Source: a virus (Duplodnaviria > Caudoviricetes). Taken from it: 64,000 nucleotides of DNA. This document shows positions 1 to 11,663 of this stretch, piece after piece (the stretch's first letter is position 1; each line of letters starts with the position of its first letter). Below the pieces are notes generated by a model. It made no database searches. It was not told the DNA's origin and saw only the letters and a list, made by a program, of their open reading frames with translations. Position numbers and translations under genes: made by a program. The stretch is taken from the IMG/VR virus record IMGVR_UViG_3300034053_000029, positions 32,001 to 96,000 of that record, one strand, 5' to 3'.

Positions 1-53
1 CCATCCACCATCATTGATGACGGTGTTAGCGTACTCGATAAATTCTTGTCGGT

Positions 54-302
54 TCATGAGTGTTTTAGTAAGTAAAATGCTAGTTTATCTGGATCGTCTG
101 AGGCAATGAATATATCCCAACAACCATCTTCCTCTTCTATTATACAATAGTTACTGCCAAGAGGCAACGGAAAAAGTTCCCATAGTAGTTGGTACATAAA
201 ATTATTTGTTTCATCATCATAAACGTATGAACCAATTGCCTCTCTCATATACCACACAATTTTTCTTGGGCATTTAAGTTCTGTAATCATACCTTTTTCC
301 AA
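54..302 (-). CDS. Small hypothetical protein, C-terminal FxLK family
   Basis: 82 aa, ends LAFYLLKHS. Confidence 0.6.
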   Translation of the reverse strand: MEKGMITELKCPRKIVWYMREAIGSYVYDDETNNFMYQLLWELFPLPLGSNYCIIEEEDGCWDIFIASDDPDKLAFYLLKHS

Positions 303-573
303 ATTTTAATAAGAACAACATAGCGTGTTCATCTGGCAATTCAAACGAAATGATTGATCTGATTTCCCATGATGTATGATCTTGAAAATAGTCGAATGTT
401 GGTTGGCACTCTTGCGGCATTTCTTGCTCGTTCATCCAATCGAACATTGGTTTAAGAATGTCCTTATGCCATTTCATTATTGTTTTGTGTTTACCATATT
501 TGTCAGCAGAATCCCACTCTGGTTGCGACAAGTAAAAATCGTCCATAGGTGGGAGTGCGTACCTGACTTTCAC
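274..573 (-). CDS. Small hypothetical protein, C-terminal FxLK family
   Basis: 99 aa, ends EHAMLFLLKFGKRY. Confidence 0.65.
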   Translation of the reverse strand: MKVRYALPPMDDFYLSQPEWDSADKYGKHKTIMKWHKDILKPMFDWMNEQEMPQECQPTFDYFQDHTSWEIRSIISFELPDEHAMLFLLKFGKRYDYRT

Positions 574-2530
574 TTTGCCTCTGACATATATTTTAACAAA
601 TACAATTGCTCTAGAGTGTCGTAGAAACTTTGATCAAGATCGGGAAACGACATAGCAACGACTTGATTAAGTTCTGAACTCAATACTCTTCGACATAATT
701 CTTCTAGTTCTAGACCATCACGCAAGAGACCGGTCACTCGATAAGAACTACCACCAACACCTAAGAATGTGACTTCATCTGCCCCATTGGATATGGTTTG
801 TTTTAATATCCAAAATAGCAGTCGGAATTGGTTGTTTGAATATTTGTCTACGACCCGTGGATCAAATCTGTGCAATGGAACTATCATAATGTTTTGACAT
901 CTTATAAAGGAGATAGAAATTATTGAACGCTTCCATAGTTGCTGCATTCATTTTATCACGATCTAACATATCACACAACTCTACAATTTCTTCTAATCGA
1001 ACTTTCGGTAATCTCAATTCAACCATAGTTACATATTGATCTTTTAGTACGACATCTGCATAATTGCCACCAAATTGACCATTCAAATGAATTTGCTCAT
1101 ATTGGCGTTGATCCTTCATACGAATATCAGTCACCGAATAATTTTGTATGAATCGGTCAAATGCGCTTCTATTCACGGAGCATAGCCTCAATTAATTTAA
1201 AATTTTCGTAAGCGATCTTCAACGCTTCCCACTTCTCAAGTTTAGCAGGATCGGGAACCAGAATCAATAGTCGTTCATTAATCCCCTCGAATGTCTTTTT
1301 GAGTGATTGACCATCCATGATAATGTCACCTTTTACTTCCAATGCGCTAGGAGTAATGTCTGCTGATGATATCGATAGTGTATGGTTAGTCAATGATCCG
1401 TTTGTGGTGTATATGAACGGCGTTGGTCCATTAGGTGGAGTGATGGTGTAAGTGCCAGTCGTAGTGGCATTCACCGACCCCGATACATTACTATGTGGGC
1501 TACCAAGACCGCCGCCTCCGGCACCTAGTATTGTGGTTGTCATGAAAACAATGCCCAATGGAGAAACCATACCACCAATCCAACGATTGAAGAATATATC
1601 GCCATTAAAATTGCAACTTCATTAGGGGTCATTGGGTCATCCCAATGCTTTTCGTCATCACTCATTTTTTAAATTCCTCAATCTATCCAGTTCTTCATGT
1701 AATTTATTTAATTCCTCTGCAGCCTCTTCTAACAGGTCTGCAATACGATCTGGCATACCTTCTTGTACGGACTTCCTCGTTGGAATCTGCCTACGGATTC
1801 TGGCACGTTCCTTGAGACGAAAGATCAGATCGTCTTTCATTGTATGATATCTTCTCTTACAACACTAGCACGTTGTAATTGAATAGCATAAAGTGCTTTT
1901 AGTTGAGCAATGCTGTCCGAAGTATATCCAACAGGCCCAACTCGCAAATGTGCTAAAATTGATTCAATCGCAATTTGTAGTTCTTTGTTAGTCATTGTAT
2001 AGGTCATTACTATTCCTCTTCGTGGTAAGCTCGACTCATGTCCTTCGCAGCAATAGCAGACTGCTCTAAGATTTTAGCGTAGGCAAGTGCCAATTCTGGT
2101 GACAACCACGTTGTTATTGCGCCACCTTCATTGGTTTCCAATTTGATAGTAACCATAGCATAATTGTCATTATGATTTACGTCAATTCCGATTAGCATTA
2201 TTTTATGTCCTCCCAAGTGAACCCAAGTATCAATCGCATCATAGTTCTATGAAACCAATTTGGTTTATAAAACACACTAAATTTAGTTGCATACGCTGGG
2301 TGCGATCCAGGAAACACCCAATATCCTTTTGGTTTAGGATAATCATTGAGTCCAATTGGTTTATTGTTATCCATCATTTGATGTTCCCACATTCCTTAAT
2401 GTTTGGATTATGCTTCATAGCATCGTAGCAAGCAATTTGAACTTGCGCCTGTGTGTATTTCGTAAAAGATAATGCAGCAAACCCACCTATACCTATAATG
2501 AGAATACTCACAACGATAAGAACAAAATCA

Positions 2531-3652
2531 TTATTCATAATACTTCTCCAATAATTTCACACGTTGGCTCATGTCCATTGATTCAAATGCCTCGTAAACA
2601 CCAACCCCGTCCTTTCGTGCCTTAAACATAATCGGTGCAACCTTTCGATCCTTTACTAATAATGCAAAATCCTTTTGGGATTCGATTTTCTTATTCGCAC
2701 AATATACTTCAACTGCCTCATCTAGCAATTGACGCAGAGCATCTTCAATAGGATCAACGTATTCTTTGAACATCGGAAAATAAGTAAGCAGTTCGTCTTG
2801 TTCATTCATCAGCACCACTTCCATCATGCGTGATACTGACGGAACTCCATTACCACGAAGATGATGAACTGCCGCATACGTCTTGCTCTTGATCTTCACA
2901 CGCTCACCAGTATTATGATCGAATACGACGAAACCCTCTTGCAGGTTCGGCAATGAATCCGCCAACTTCACAAGATCGTCACCAGATGCCGCTTCATATC
3001 GCTGCGGCATACGGACATTCATCCACTCTGCAAAGAACGGAAAAGAACAGTCCGGAGATTCTTCCTTGCCAGTTTTGTTGTCGATTACGCCAAGAAAAAC
3101 CATGTGGAGTGATTCATATCGAGTAACGATTTGGTTCTCCGGACCTACGAACTCCATCAGGAAAGTTATACCATGATCAACGTCCGACATATTGCGTTGG
3201 AATTCATCGAATGAAACACCCATCGCTTTCAGAATCCAGTCCTTAAATTGACCACCAGAAGCAGTCATCGAGAATACGAAGTTGCCTTCCGCATACGCCA
3301 TCCCACGAGTGCCTATCTCCCAACGATTGTCCTCCGGCGACCAATAGATCATCACAAGAGTACCGTCTGCCTTTTCCCATACGGTGCAGTTAGAGAAGTC
3401 GAAGTCCTGCGTCCAACCCTGACCAAAATTATAGAATCGCTTGAACGGACGGCAGATCACCTTGGAACGATTTTGATCGTCTACCCAAAGCACAACGCCA
3501 CGACATTCATCGGAAATCGGATGGAAATTCGGTGAATCGATTTGTGAATAATTCAACTTCACATATCCATTCGGATAACGCTTGACTTCAACGCCAAGAT
3601 GCTCAGTTAGAGCATCTAAGCCATTATCAAATATGAATTCTTGAACTTTCAT
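2531..3652 (-). CDS. rnlA: RNA ligase 1 (T4 Rnl1/gp63-like)
   Basis: Nucleotidyltransferase motif I WEKADGT, ECRG, PFKRFYNF, EGFVV and RVKIKS motifs; 373 aa. Confidence 0.9.
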   Translation of the reverse strand: MKVQEFIFDNGLDALTEHLGVEVKRYPNGYVKLNYSQIDSPNFHPISDECRGVVLWVDDQNRSKVICRPFKRFYNFGQGWTQDFDFSNCTVWEKADGTLVMIYWSPEDNRWEIGTRGMAYAEGNFVFSMTASGGQFKDWILKAMGVSFDEFQRNMSDVDHGITFLMEFVGPENQIVTRYESLHMVFLGVIDNKTGKEESPDCSFPFFAEWMNVRMPQRYEAASGDDLVKLADSLPNLQEGFVVFDHNTGERVKIKSKTYAAVHHLRGNGVPSVSRMMEVVLMNEQDELLTYFPMFKEYVDPIEDALRQLLDEAVEVYCANKKIESQKDFALLVKDRKVAPIMFKARKDGVGVYEAFESMDMSQRVKLLEKYYE

Positions 3653-4313
3653 TTAATCCTCGTCTACTATGTGAGCAGCAAGACCGGCAACAAGTTTAGC
3701 AAACGTCTTAGCATCAACCCAAGAAGCAACATCGTCGTACTCCATTTCACATAATCCGAAAATCTGCATCCACACTTGCTTAGTGACGAAGTTGCCATCT
3801 TTGTCGATGATGGCAACTTCGACGTTGTGGCTCACACCATTTTCGCAAGTATTGGTGCATTGAATTGCAACACCATTGGAAAAGCTCAAAGTCAAATCAC
3901 CAAAATCGATGGTACAGTTATTAACAAACTCGTTTGTGCGAATCTTAAACATTTTTGGTTTCTCCTACGAACACTACAGGACGATGCGGTAAGAAGTTAA
4001 TCGGATCAACACAGAGATTGCCATACATATCGGAACTGATATACATCTGAGTGTCGATGAACATATTGGCATTCATCCAACCATTACCAACGTGTGGTAC
4101 GTTCATCGTAATACGAGTAGCAACTGTAGGAGCGATTTTCATGATCATTGTCCGTAACCGTTAAGAAAGTTAAGCATATCGTGATCTAGCGTATCAAAAT
4201 CTGTAACCCCACACATTTCTAGAATGTGCATACTCCATGCATTATCTAGCAAGCTATATCTGGATGTATATTTGTTAAACATTTTGAACACTCATGTATC
4301 AGTCGATGAGTGA

Positions 4314-4350
4314 ATTATAAACGAACCAATCTAGAAGTCAACAACTTTAG
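4314..4350 (-). promoter_or_regulatory. Early sigma70-type promoter cassette (copy 1)
   Basis: Minus strand TTGACT-16-TATAAT with conserved upstream AAAGTTGTTGAC. Confidence 0.8.
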
Positions 4351-4699
4351 TAACTCTTTGATTTCTTTACGATATTTCGTTGCTTTTCCCATACCCACCC
4401 AGTTGCTCGTTGGGTGTTATTGTATGAGGTTTGATCTTCGCTCCAAGTTTTCTTGCAATCTAGACACTTGAATTCGTACCAATACGAATCTGTGTGGGGA
4501 TCATAGTTGCCAGTGTTAGCACAAGCGGTTTGCTCTACGTTCATATGGGTACAATACCTCTCCTGGGTCGGTGTTGCTATCGGCGTTGGGTGATCCTTTT
4601 CGTACCTTATTAAGAGAGAATACAACCAGTGAGTATCAACTCCAGAGGTTGGGTAGTTCATATTGAACCAATCTTCAAAATTATCGTAGTCCATTTTAT

Positions 4700-4933
4700 T
4701 CATCCAAATTTTAACTTAAACATAATAGCGTCTTGTTCAAACTCAAACCAAAACGATCTTCCGTATTTGTGATATCTGCCGGTTATGATGTTTTCTAATA
4801 GCTCGGCCTCGCTACGACTGAACATCGGAAATGACTTGAAAGGATGACCGAATCTTACCATCGTCCAATCTCGGTCGTGGTTGATGCCAAGAAGGACAAT
4901 GTCCTCTAATGAAACGTGTTTAGTCATTTCCAC
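4700..4933 (-). CDS. Small hypothetical protein, FxLK family
   Basis: Ends FEQDAIMFKLKFG. Confidence 0.65.
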   Translation of the reverse strand: MEMTKHVSLEDIVLLGINHDRDWTMVRFGHPFKSFPMFSRSEAELLENIITGRYHKYGRSFWFEFEQDAIMFKLKFG

Positions 4934-5094
4934 TTCAACAAGTCAAATAAATTGTCAAAATACACTTTCACAATGTAATGTTTTTCTTGGTCGTCGTATC
5001 GTTCGTATACTGTTTTAGTTTCCTCGGCCCACCACATAAACTCTAATGCTTTGTATTTTGAGGTCAGGTCAACATCGGCAACTAATTTGGTCAT
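4924..5094 (-). CDS. Small hypothetical protein missed by the ORF track (56 aa)
   Basis: MTKLVADVDL...YFDNLFDLLKWK; overlaps both neighbours by stop/start. Confidence 0.55.
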   Translation of the reverse strand: MTKLVADVDLTSKYKALEFMWWAEETKTVYERYDDQEKHYIVKVYFDNLFDLLKWK

Positions 5095-6741
5095 TTCTTC
5101 TCAACAGGAACACCAACAACTTTACAATGTTGATCCCTTGGCAACGATTTCTCGCATTCAGCAATAGCAGTTTTATATCTACTCACACTTGAATCGGCAA
5201 ATCCAAGTAGTAACATTAGCAAAATGACACCAGTAAACATACCAATGATGAATGCATAGCCATTGCTATTCAACATACCCAATCCTTTCCATAATTTCTT
5301 CCAGTGTCATCTTGCGTAGGTCATCTACATTGATGAATTGGTTATTCTTTACTTCTTCGTAAGCGAGTTTCTTACCTACTTCGAAACCAGTATTCCATCC
5401 GTCTTGTTTTGATTTACGATCCTCAGACGCTTCTGACCTAAGAAAGCGATGCGAACTAATCAAATTCTGAATGGTCATCTCCACCACGCCAAGTTCCTTG
5501 CGATATTCATCAAGTGCTTCCAACACTGGTCGAGAGTCCATTGCGTCGTAGTAGTAATCCTTATTCACCATTACTACATCGGCATTGCTGAATATTGCCG
5601 TAGGCGATATACCCTGATCGATATCCTTGAATGTTTGTAGGATCATTGTTTCGCTGTGTGGAATGTTCTTATTCGTCATCTTTATTGTCCTCGTATTTCC
5701 TTAGAAATCCTTCTTCATACAATCGTTCTTGCAACCAATCGGAATCTTCGCCTTCGTTAATCTCATTGGCACACGCATACCATCCTTCTGCAAAAATGTC
5801 TTTGATCTCTTGTAGAGTAACACCTCTGAGTATCATAAAGCCAGCCCTTTGACCACCAACAAGTGAGGCAGTAAAAGCGTCAAAACTTTCGTCAAGAGTT
5901 CGATGCGATTTCACGGGCAACTCCATTGCGGATTGATTGTAGAATTAGTGCTTCGGTATCAACTTTACTTTCATTGTTACAGTCATATTCGTTATACCAC
6001 CTGACTTCTTTTTCAGTGATCCACTCAGTCTTTTTCTTCTTGACTGAATCATACGAAGTGAATAAGCCAAAGAAACTTTTTCGCTTTTCTACTGTCCATC
6101 CTTTGAACTCTACTTCAAACTCGATATAACCGTTGTCCCACATTCGCCACTTGCCGGTTGGTTTGCATTCAGAATCGTCGACCCACTTACCCAACGGATA
6201 ATTGATCGTCCAATTTGGCATGCCAACATTTACATAAAATTCTGTGGTCATCATTTTACTCCTACTTTGTAATTTTGACCATTGAATTTAGCGGATAATC
6301 GTTCATATTCTGCACGTTCTCGTTGCAAGTTATCTTCAGCGACCTTACGTTCTTTCTCTACCTTTTCTTGCTCAAGTTTAGATGCCTTTTCATCGGCAAT
6401 CTTCTTAAGTCTTGCAATTTCATTATCACGGAGCACTTTGATTTCTTCAAACAATGCTTCATGGCTTTCAATAATATCATCAAATCCATCATCAGAACCA
6501 TAAGTATAGTTGTATGCATACTCCACGGGAGCACCGTTTATGAGAATGTCAAAGTCATAATCTGGTTCACGTCGATCATGCTCGTGTATATTTTTCCATT
6601 GAATTTGACCCCATCGTTTGGCAATGCTTTCTTTATTAAGATATGTCTCAAGAATAAAGTCTGCGCCCCATGAATCCATAACACCTCCTCGACATGTATC
6701 GACACCATCACGTTTGTATGCAATCAATGTAAATATTGTGG

Positions 6742-7029
6742 TCATAATTTCACTCCGAAGTGTTCTTTTATCTTACATTCCATTACGCTATAAGGCATCA
6801 TTTTTAGTTGACAATATTCTGCCTGCTCAATTGCTATTGGTATACATTCCTTCACCGCACACTCAAATCCTTCTTGGAATGTTTGCCAATGATCCTCGAC
6901 GGTTGGATTACTATACTCTCCGTTTGGTAAGCGTGGGTAAATCTCTTTGCTGCCATCAAACGAAAGCACTGACAACCCAAAACTAGGTGCCGTGACTTTC
7001 TCAAACAGTTCTCTGATTTTATCGTTCAT
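6742..7029 (-). CDS. Small hypothetical protein, divergent NERI/HFGVE family member
   Basis: MNDKIRELFE...CAVKECI...KIKEHFGVKL. Confidence 0.65.
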   Translation of the reverse strand: MNDKIRELFEKVTAPSFGLSVLSFDGSKEIYPRLPNGEYSNPTVEDHWQTFQEGFECAVKECIPIAIEQAEYCQLKMMPYSVMECKIKEHFGVKL

Positions 7030-8540
7030 TTCATTTCCTTCCCAAGTTTGGCAGCAAGTTCAACGATAACACGCCGAGCCGCAGCAAGAGGATCAGTCAC
7101 GCCATCTTGTCTTGCGGAACGATAGTTTGGATCATAACCAACATTGTTCTCAGCACACACCATTCTTGCCTTCACATTATCAAACGCACAATCAACATAT
7201 AGATTCAAGTTCAACTTCACCATTAGTCGGAAAGCATCGCCATCGTCGGTAAGTGGGTCCCATATTCCATTGATAAGGGCATCGAATTCCTCATCAACGC
7301 TGAGTTCGCTATCAGGGTCTGGTAAGTATTCCTTGTAAGTAATGCCCGCTGCTTTTGCTGCCAACTCAAGAAGTTCCCTATCGTTTTCGTTCATAGTGTT
7401 GACTCCAATTTTGGCACCGCCAAACATCGCATTAGAGCCGCTTCTGCCTCTTGTATTTCTTCGTGGGTGCTTGCACGATCCCATTTAACTATTGCACTTC
7501 GACACTGTTGAGCATACGCATTACATCTGATGAGAGTATTACGAAGATTGTCTGTAAATAGTGCAATGTCTTCTTCCCACTTTCCAGAGTCTGACTTACA
7601 ATCCATTCCGATTGCCTTACAGTGTGAATAAAGCCAGATCAACTCTGGCGGCGGAAGTTTCTTATCGTTCATACTACACTCTCCTGTTCCACTTGTCAAT
7701 CGCTTCTTGCTTAGAATTACCAACCATTTCTACACCACACCCACCTGTAGTTTCGGGGCAATTCATACTGTAGCACCACTGTTCTTTTGGCACATCACGG
7801 AAACTGACAAAATGCCTAAGACCACTTCGCTCACTATATGCCCAACCAACACCACTTGGATATAGTGTATCGGGTTCTTCCATATCAACTTCTTTACCGC
7901 AGAACGGACAAGGTTTCATTTATTATCCTCAACGATATTTCAATAAAAGCAAAGTGTATTGCTCGTCTGTGAATTCCATTGTTGTCAATGGGCTGTATCT
8001 ATTATACGCAACCGAACCAGCAAATACTGGTACTACATTCCCGCCAAATTCTTCAACTAACGCATCAACGACAGAATTTTTCTTTTCTTGTTTCACTTGT
8101 TCTATCCAATAATCTGCTGCATTCTCTCTAACACGCTGTGGCAAATCATTCCAACTAACACGGATCATTATCCAAACCTCAATACAAGCATAGTGGCAGT
8201 TTCTTCGGTTGTGTAGATGACATTATTTCCGCCATCGAGACGACGGATATATCCGATATCTTCCAACCATTCCCAAATCTCGTCCAACTCACGAAGAAAA
8301 GCATTATGAACTTCTACTCTAACGACACTTCCGGTTGGAGGTACTTTGGAAATGTTGAAGTTCATTTTATCAACCCAAAATGATATTTGATTGAACTAAT
8401 AGCATCGTCAATCGCATCTTCCTTTGCTGCCATTCGCTCGTAGTAATCTCGTGACTCGTAGCCGCCAACATCAGCATACGACGCTTTCATATCCTCTAAA
8501 ATCTCCAACACCGTTTCCAAATCTGATTTAACTTTGGTCA

Positions 8541-8774
8541 TCATTCTACTCCGAAATAGTCCATAATATAGAATGGAAGTTTCTCTGGTTCTTTCTCGAA
8601 AACACCAATCAACCTTGCCGAATTTACAAAACTAGCACACTCTTTGACGATCAACTCTGCGAAATTTTCGGCAAATGTTTTTAGTTCGGTATTATATGAT
8701 ATCTGTTTATTGATATCTTCTTCAGCCATTATCTTTGCCTGAACAGCAAGTGCATTGATTCGCTCGTTCATCAT
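8541..8774 (-). CDS. NERI/HFGVE family microprotein
   Basis: MNERINALAVQA...FAELIVKECA...YFGVE. Confidence 0.75.
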   Translation of the reverse strand: MMNERINALAVQAKIMAEEDINKQISYNTELKTFAENFAELIVKECASFVNSARLIGVFEKEPEKLPFYIMDYFGVE

Positions 8775-8956
8775 TCTACTATTCCAAAATGTTCATTGAT
8801 GAAGTGTCCTGCCAATGGCTGAAACTTTTTATATGCAACATCAGTACATTCTTTGATAATCAACTCTGCGAATTTCTCCATTCCTGGCTTGCACATATCA
8901 TACACATCAGGATGATATCCAGCCTGTGCCGCAAGTTCTTTGATTCGTTCATTCAT
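8771..8956 (-). CDS. NERI/HFGVE family microprotein
   Basis: MNERIKELAAQA...KFAELIIKEC...HFGIVE. Confidence 0.75.
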   Translation of the reverse strand: MNERIKELAAQAGYHPDVYDMCKPGMEKFAELIIKECTDVAYKKFQPLAGHFINEHFGIVE

Positions 8957-9121
8957 CTTCGCTTACTCCCGCAATCATTTCATCCATTTCTTCAGCCAAT
9001 TCCGCTAACTCTAATCTCGCAGCAATCCGAGAAGGAATTGAGAAAAAAACATGAGAATCCTCACTGTTTAGTGCTTCCCGCAACCGCAAGTATTCTTCTA
9101 ACACTTCGGAAAATTTACGCA

Positions 9122-9367
9122 TCATTCTACTCCAAAGTGTTCTTCGATTTTACATTTCAAATCCCAGGTAGATATAGTCCGATCTTCTAGCAACTTACAA
9201 TTCTCTTCCTGGACATAACCCACCGCCACTTGAGCGCATTCCTTGACGATCAACTCTGCGAACTTTTTATACATCACCATTGGTTGTGCTACAGTATCTG
9301 TTGGTTCTTCTTCTACTGCTTCTCTTGCTGCCTGTAATAAAAATTCTGCAAGTCGCTCGTTCATCAT
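9122..9367 (-). CDS. NERI/HFGVE family microprotein
   Basis: MMNERLAEFLLQAA...KFAELIVKECA...HFGVE; start trimmed to MMNER. Confidence 0.7.
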   Translation of the reverse strand: MMNERLAEFLLQAAREAVEEEPTDTVAQPMVMYKKFAELIVKECAQVAVGYVQEENCKLLEDRTISTWDLKCKIEEHFGVE

Positions 9368-9619
9368 TCTAACTCCAAGTATATGCGTGATCAATCAGTG
9401 CGTCAATATAATCGAATGCGTAGGACTGGTAGTACCAATCTTTTCCGGCACACGATACCTCATACAAAGAATAAAGGTTGCCATTGCGAACTACTTTTGC
9501 ACCAGACTCGCTAAACCAATTGATATAACATTCTTCACCATCTGCGAGTGCGAGGACTTTTTCTTTGTCTTGTTGCTTATTTGGCATTTCGTTGCTCCGT
9601 TTCGTCATTCGATGAACAA

Positions 9620-9670
9620 ATTATAGCATACCCAAACCAAAAATCAACAACTTTGGTAAGTCGTTGATTC
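9620..9670 (-). promoter_or_regulatory. Early sigma70-type promoter cassette (copy 2)
   Basis: TTGATT-16-TATAAT; plus strand CAACAACTTTGGTAAGTCGTTGATT. Confidence 0.75.
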
Positions 9671-9857
9671 ATAACCACTTTAAAGTGAAAAGTGTCGCAT
9701 CCTCTTCATTTTGAAACACTATCTCATCGTAGGAATCAATGTACCAGTTAGTATGATGCGGTTGCCCAAAATGCTCGATACACCACGCCCAAAATCTAGG
9801 CAAGTTTCCCACATAATCAAACCGAGTAGCAGCAGGAACTTTGACTTTTACAACCAT
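9669..9857 (-). CDS. FxLKW family microprotein
   Basis: Ends FQNEEDATLFTLKWL. Confidence 0.7.
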   Translation of the reverse strand: MVVKVKVPAATRFDYVGNLPRFWAWCIEHFGQPHHTNWYIDSYDEIVFQNEEDATLFTLKWL

Positions 9858-10036
9858 TTCATTGCAAACAGAATAGCGTCTGCTTCCTTGTCGAAAAAAT
9901 AATCGATCATAGTTTTATCGTAAGTGTAATATCCGTCTTGATGTAAGTCATTAGTGATATAGCTCTTACAGTTCTTTCTCGCCCAAGTCAATGCCTCCCA
10001 AGTCGGATCGTAAGGTAGAGTAACATGAATACTCAC
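9848..10036 (-). CDS. FxLKW family microprotein
   Basis: Ends FDKEADAILFAMKWL. Confidence 0.7.
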   Translation of the reverse strand: MSIHVTLPYDPTWEALTWARKNCKSYITNDLHQDGYYTYDKTMIDYFFDKEADAILFAMKWL

Positions 10037-10290
10037 TCTTTGAATTCCTCTGCCATCATAACCGCAAGTAGAATATCATGCTTGGATGGACGTTTACCTT
10101 TCTTTACATCTTTCTCCCAACGCTTCTTATCTACATTATATAACCAATCTGCATACATTCGTGCGCCACGAGGAAGATGTTCTCTGAACTTGACATACCC
10201 TTTCACCACTTCACAATTAGCACTATATCGACTATAGTTCCATGCTTGAGGACGAAGTGGAGAATCGTCAGGGAAATATCCAATGATCAT
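10033..10290 (-). CDS. Tandem triplet paralogue 1 (85 aa, MIIGY start)
   Basis: ATG at 10290 overlaps the upstream TGA; A-x-W-x-Y motif. Confidence 0.65.
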   Translation of the reverse strand: MIIGYFPDDSPLRPQAWNYSRYSANCEVVKGYVKFREHLPRGARMYADWLYNVDKKRWEKDVKKGKRPSKHDILLAVMMAEEFKE

Positions 10291-10544
10291 TTGTATGGTT
10301 TCGCTTTCAAGAGTGCCCAAGTAAGTTCTTCATTTGTTGGACCACCAACAATTTTATTTTTCAAAAATGCACCTGTTGTAGTATCGTATAACCAAGTTGC
10401 ATGGTACATAGCATATGACGGCAATGCTTGATTTGGTAAAAGACTACATGAGTCAAAAGATGTATATTCGTGAAGTTCTCTTCTACCTCCAATTGTTATT
10501 ACACCCAGTTTACGGTCAAATTCTTCATAATAACCGATTATCAT
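10287..10544 (-). CDS. Tandem triplet paralogue 2 (85 aa, MIIGY start)
   Basis: ATG at 10544 overlaps the upstream TGA; ATWLYD...PTNEELTWALLKAKPYK. Confidence 0.65.
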   Translation of the reverse strand: MIIGYYEEFDRKLGVITIGGRRELHEYTSFDSCSLLPNQALPSYAMYHATWLYDTTTGAFLKNKIVGGPTNEELTWALLKAKPYK

Positions 10545-10774
10545 TTGTATGGTATCGCTTGTAACATCATCCAACAAAGTTCTTCTTCGGTGGGTGTAGT
10601 ATTATCCAATGTTCGACTTTTAATCACTTGCTTTGTGTCACAGTCATAAATCCATTGTGCCATTTGGATGAAATTTAAACTATACCTGCCGTGGTAAGAG
10701 TATATCTTTTCCTTTTTAAAAACAATGACGTTGGCAGAACTATTGGGGTCGTGTAAAAATTTACCTATCATCAT
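10541..10774 (-). CDS. Tandem triplet paralogue 3
   Basis: AQWIYD...PTEEELCWMMLQAIPYK. Confidence 0.65.
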   Translation of the reverse strand: MMIGKFLHDPNSSANVIVFKKEKIYSYHGRYSLNFIQMAQWIYDCDTKQVIKSRTLDNTTPTEEELCWMMLQAIPYK

Positions 10775-11255
10775 TTTGATTTGTCTTTCGAGAGAGTTGC
10801 CAACATGATGTAGTTATCGTGTGCTTGTTTCGTTGCTTCGTTGGTATTTACTTCTTTCGCTTTTTCAGCAATCCGATCCATGATTTTTCTTGTTATGTCA
10901 AACTTATTTGGATATCGAATACAAAATCTACCACCAAATGCTTCCTCACATTTATGCCATGCATCTAATTGCTCTTGTGTAAATGGTTTAGATGCATCTG
11001 GTTCTGCCAATGATGCAGTTAATATAACATCGATCAATTCGTTTTCCATAATCAATGCCGCCGCCTCGATGGACGCAAAGTCGGGATCAACATTGTATCG
11101 AGTGATTGCACTGTTCTTAGATACAACTGTTATATGATTACCAAATTGATATGCTCGACCAGATTCATAATATTGGGTTTCATACTCACCAACAGGTTCA
11201 TAACGTGGTCTGCCACCAGTTTGAACTTTCTTGTAGTAAAATTGTCGTTCTGGTT

Positions 11256-11663
11256 TCATGATACTCTTAATCCAGCTTTACGAAGAGAATCAATTGCAGT
11301 ATGACGATTCACCCCATCATCCAATTTCAATGTTTTAGATACGCCAGAATCAAGTTCATCTGCAATATCTTTTGCCTCTCTCAAACCAAGACCACTAGCG
11401 AAACGAATCTGTTTAATAATAGAAACAAAGTTGTAGTCTTGTCGACAGTTTTTACCGTACAACGTAATTGTGCTAGTGGTTTTTCCAGATAGCATATCCA
11501 TAAACACGGCATGTTTGAACTCGGTGCCAACTACCTCAGACAATCTATCCCAAGTAGCATGACCATCTTCTACGCCATACGCATCGGTAATTGCGGCAAG
11601 AAGTTCTAAACCACAATCGATTATCCGATCTTTTTGTTCGTTAGTAATGGCGTTAAAGTTCAT
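11256..11663 (-). CDS. Hypothetical protein with ribosomal L7/L12 C-terminal-like motif
   Basis: VSIIKQIRFASGLGLREAKDIAD resembles the L7/L12 CTD motif VIKxVRxxTGLGLKEAKxxV; start trimmed to MNFNAI. Confidence 0.5.
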   Translation of the reverse strand: MNFNAITNEQKDRIIDCGLELLAAITDAYGVEDGHATWDRLSEVVGTEFKHAVFMDMLSGKTTSTITLYGKNCRQDYNFVSIIKQIRFASGLGLREAKDIADELDSGVSKTLKLDDGVNRHTAIDSLRKAGLRVS

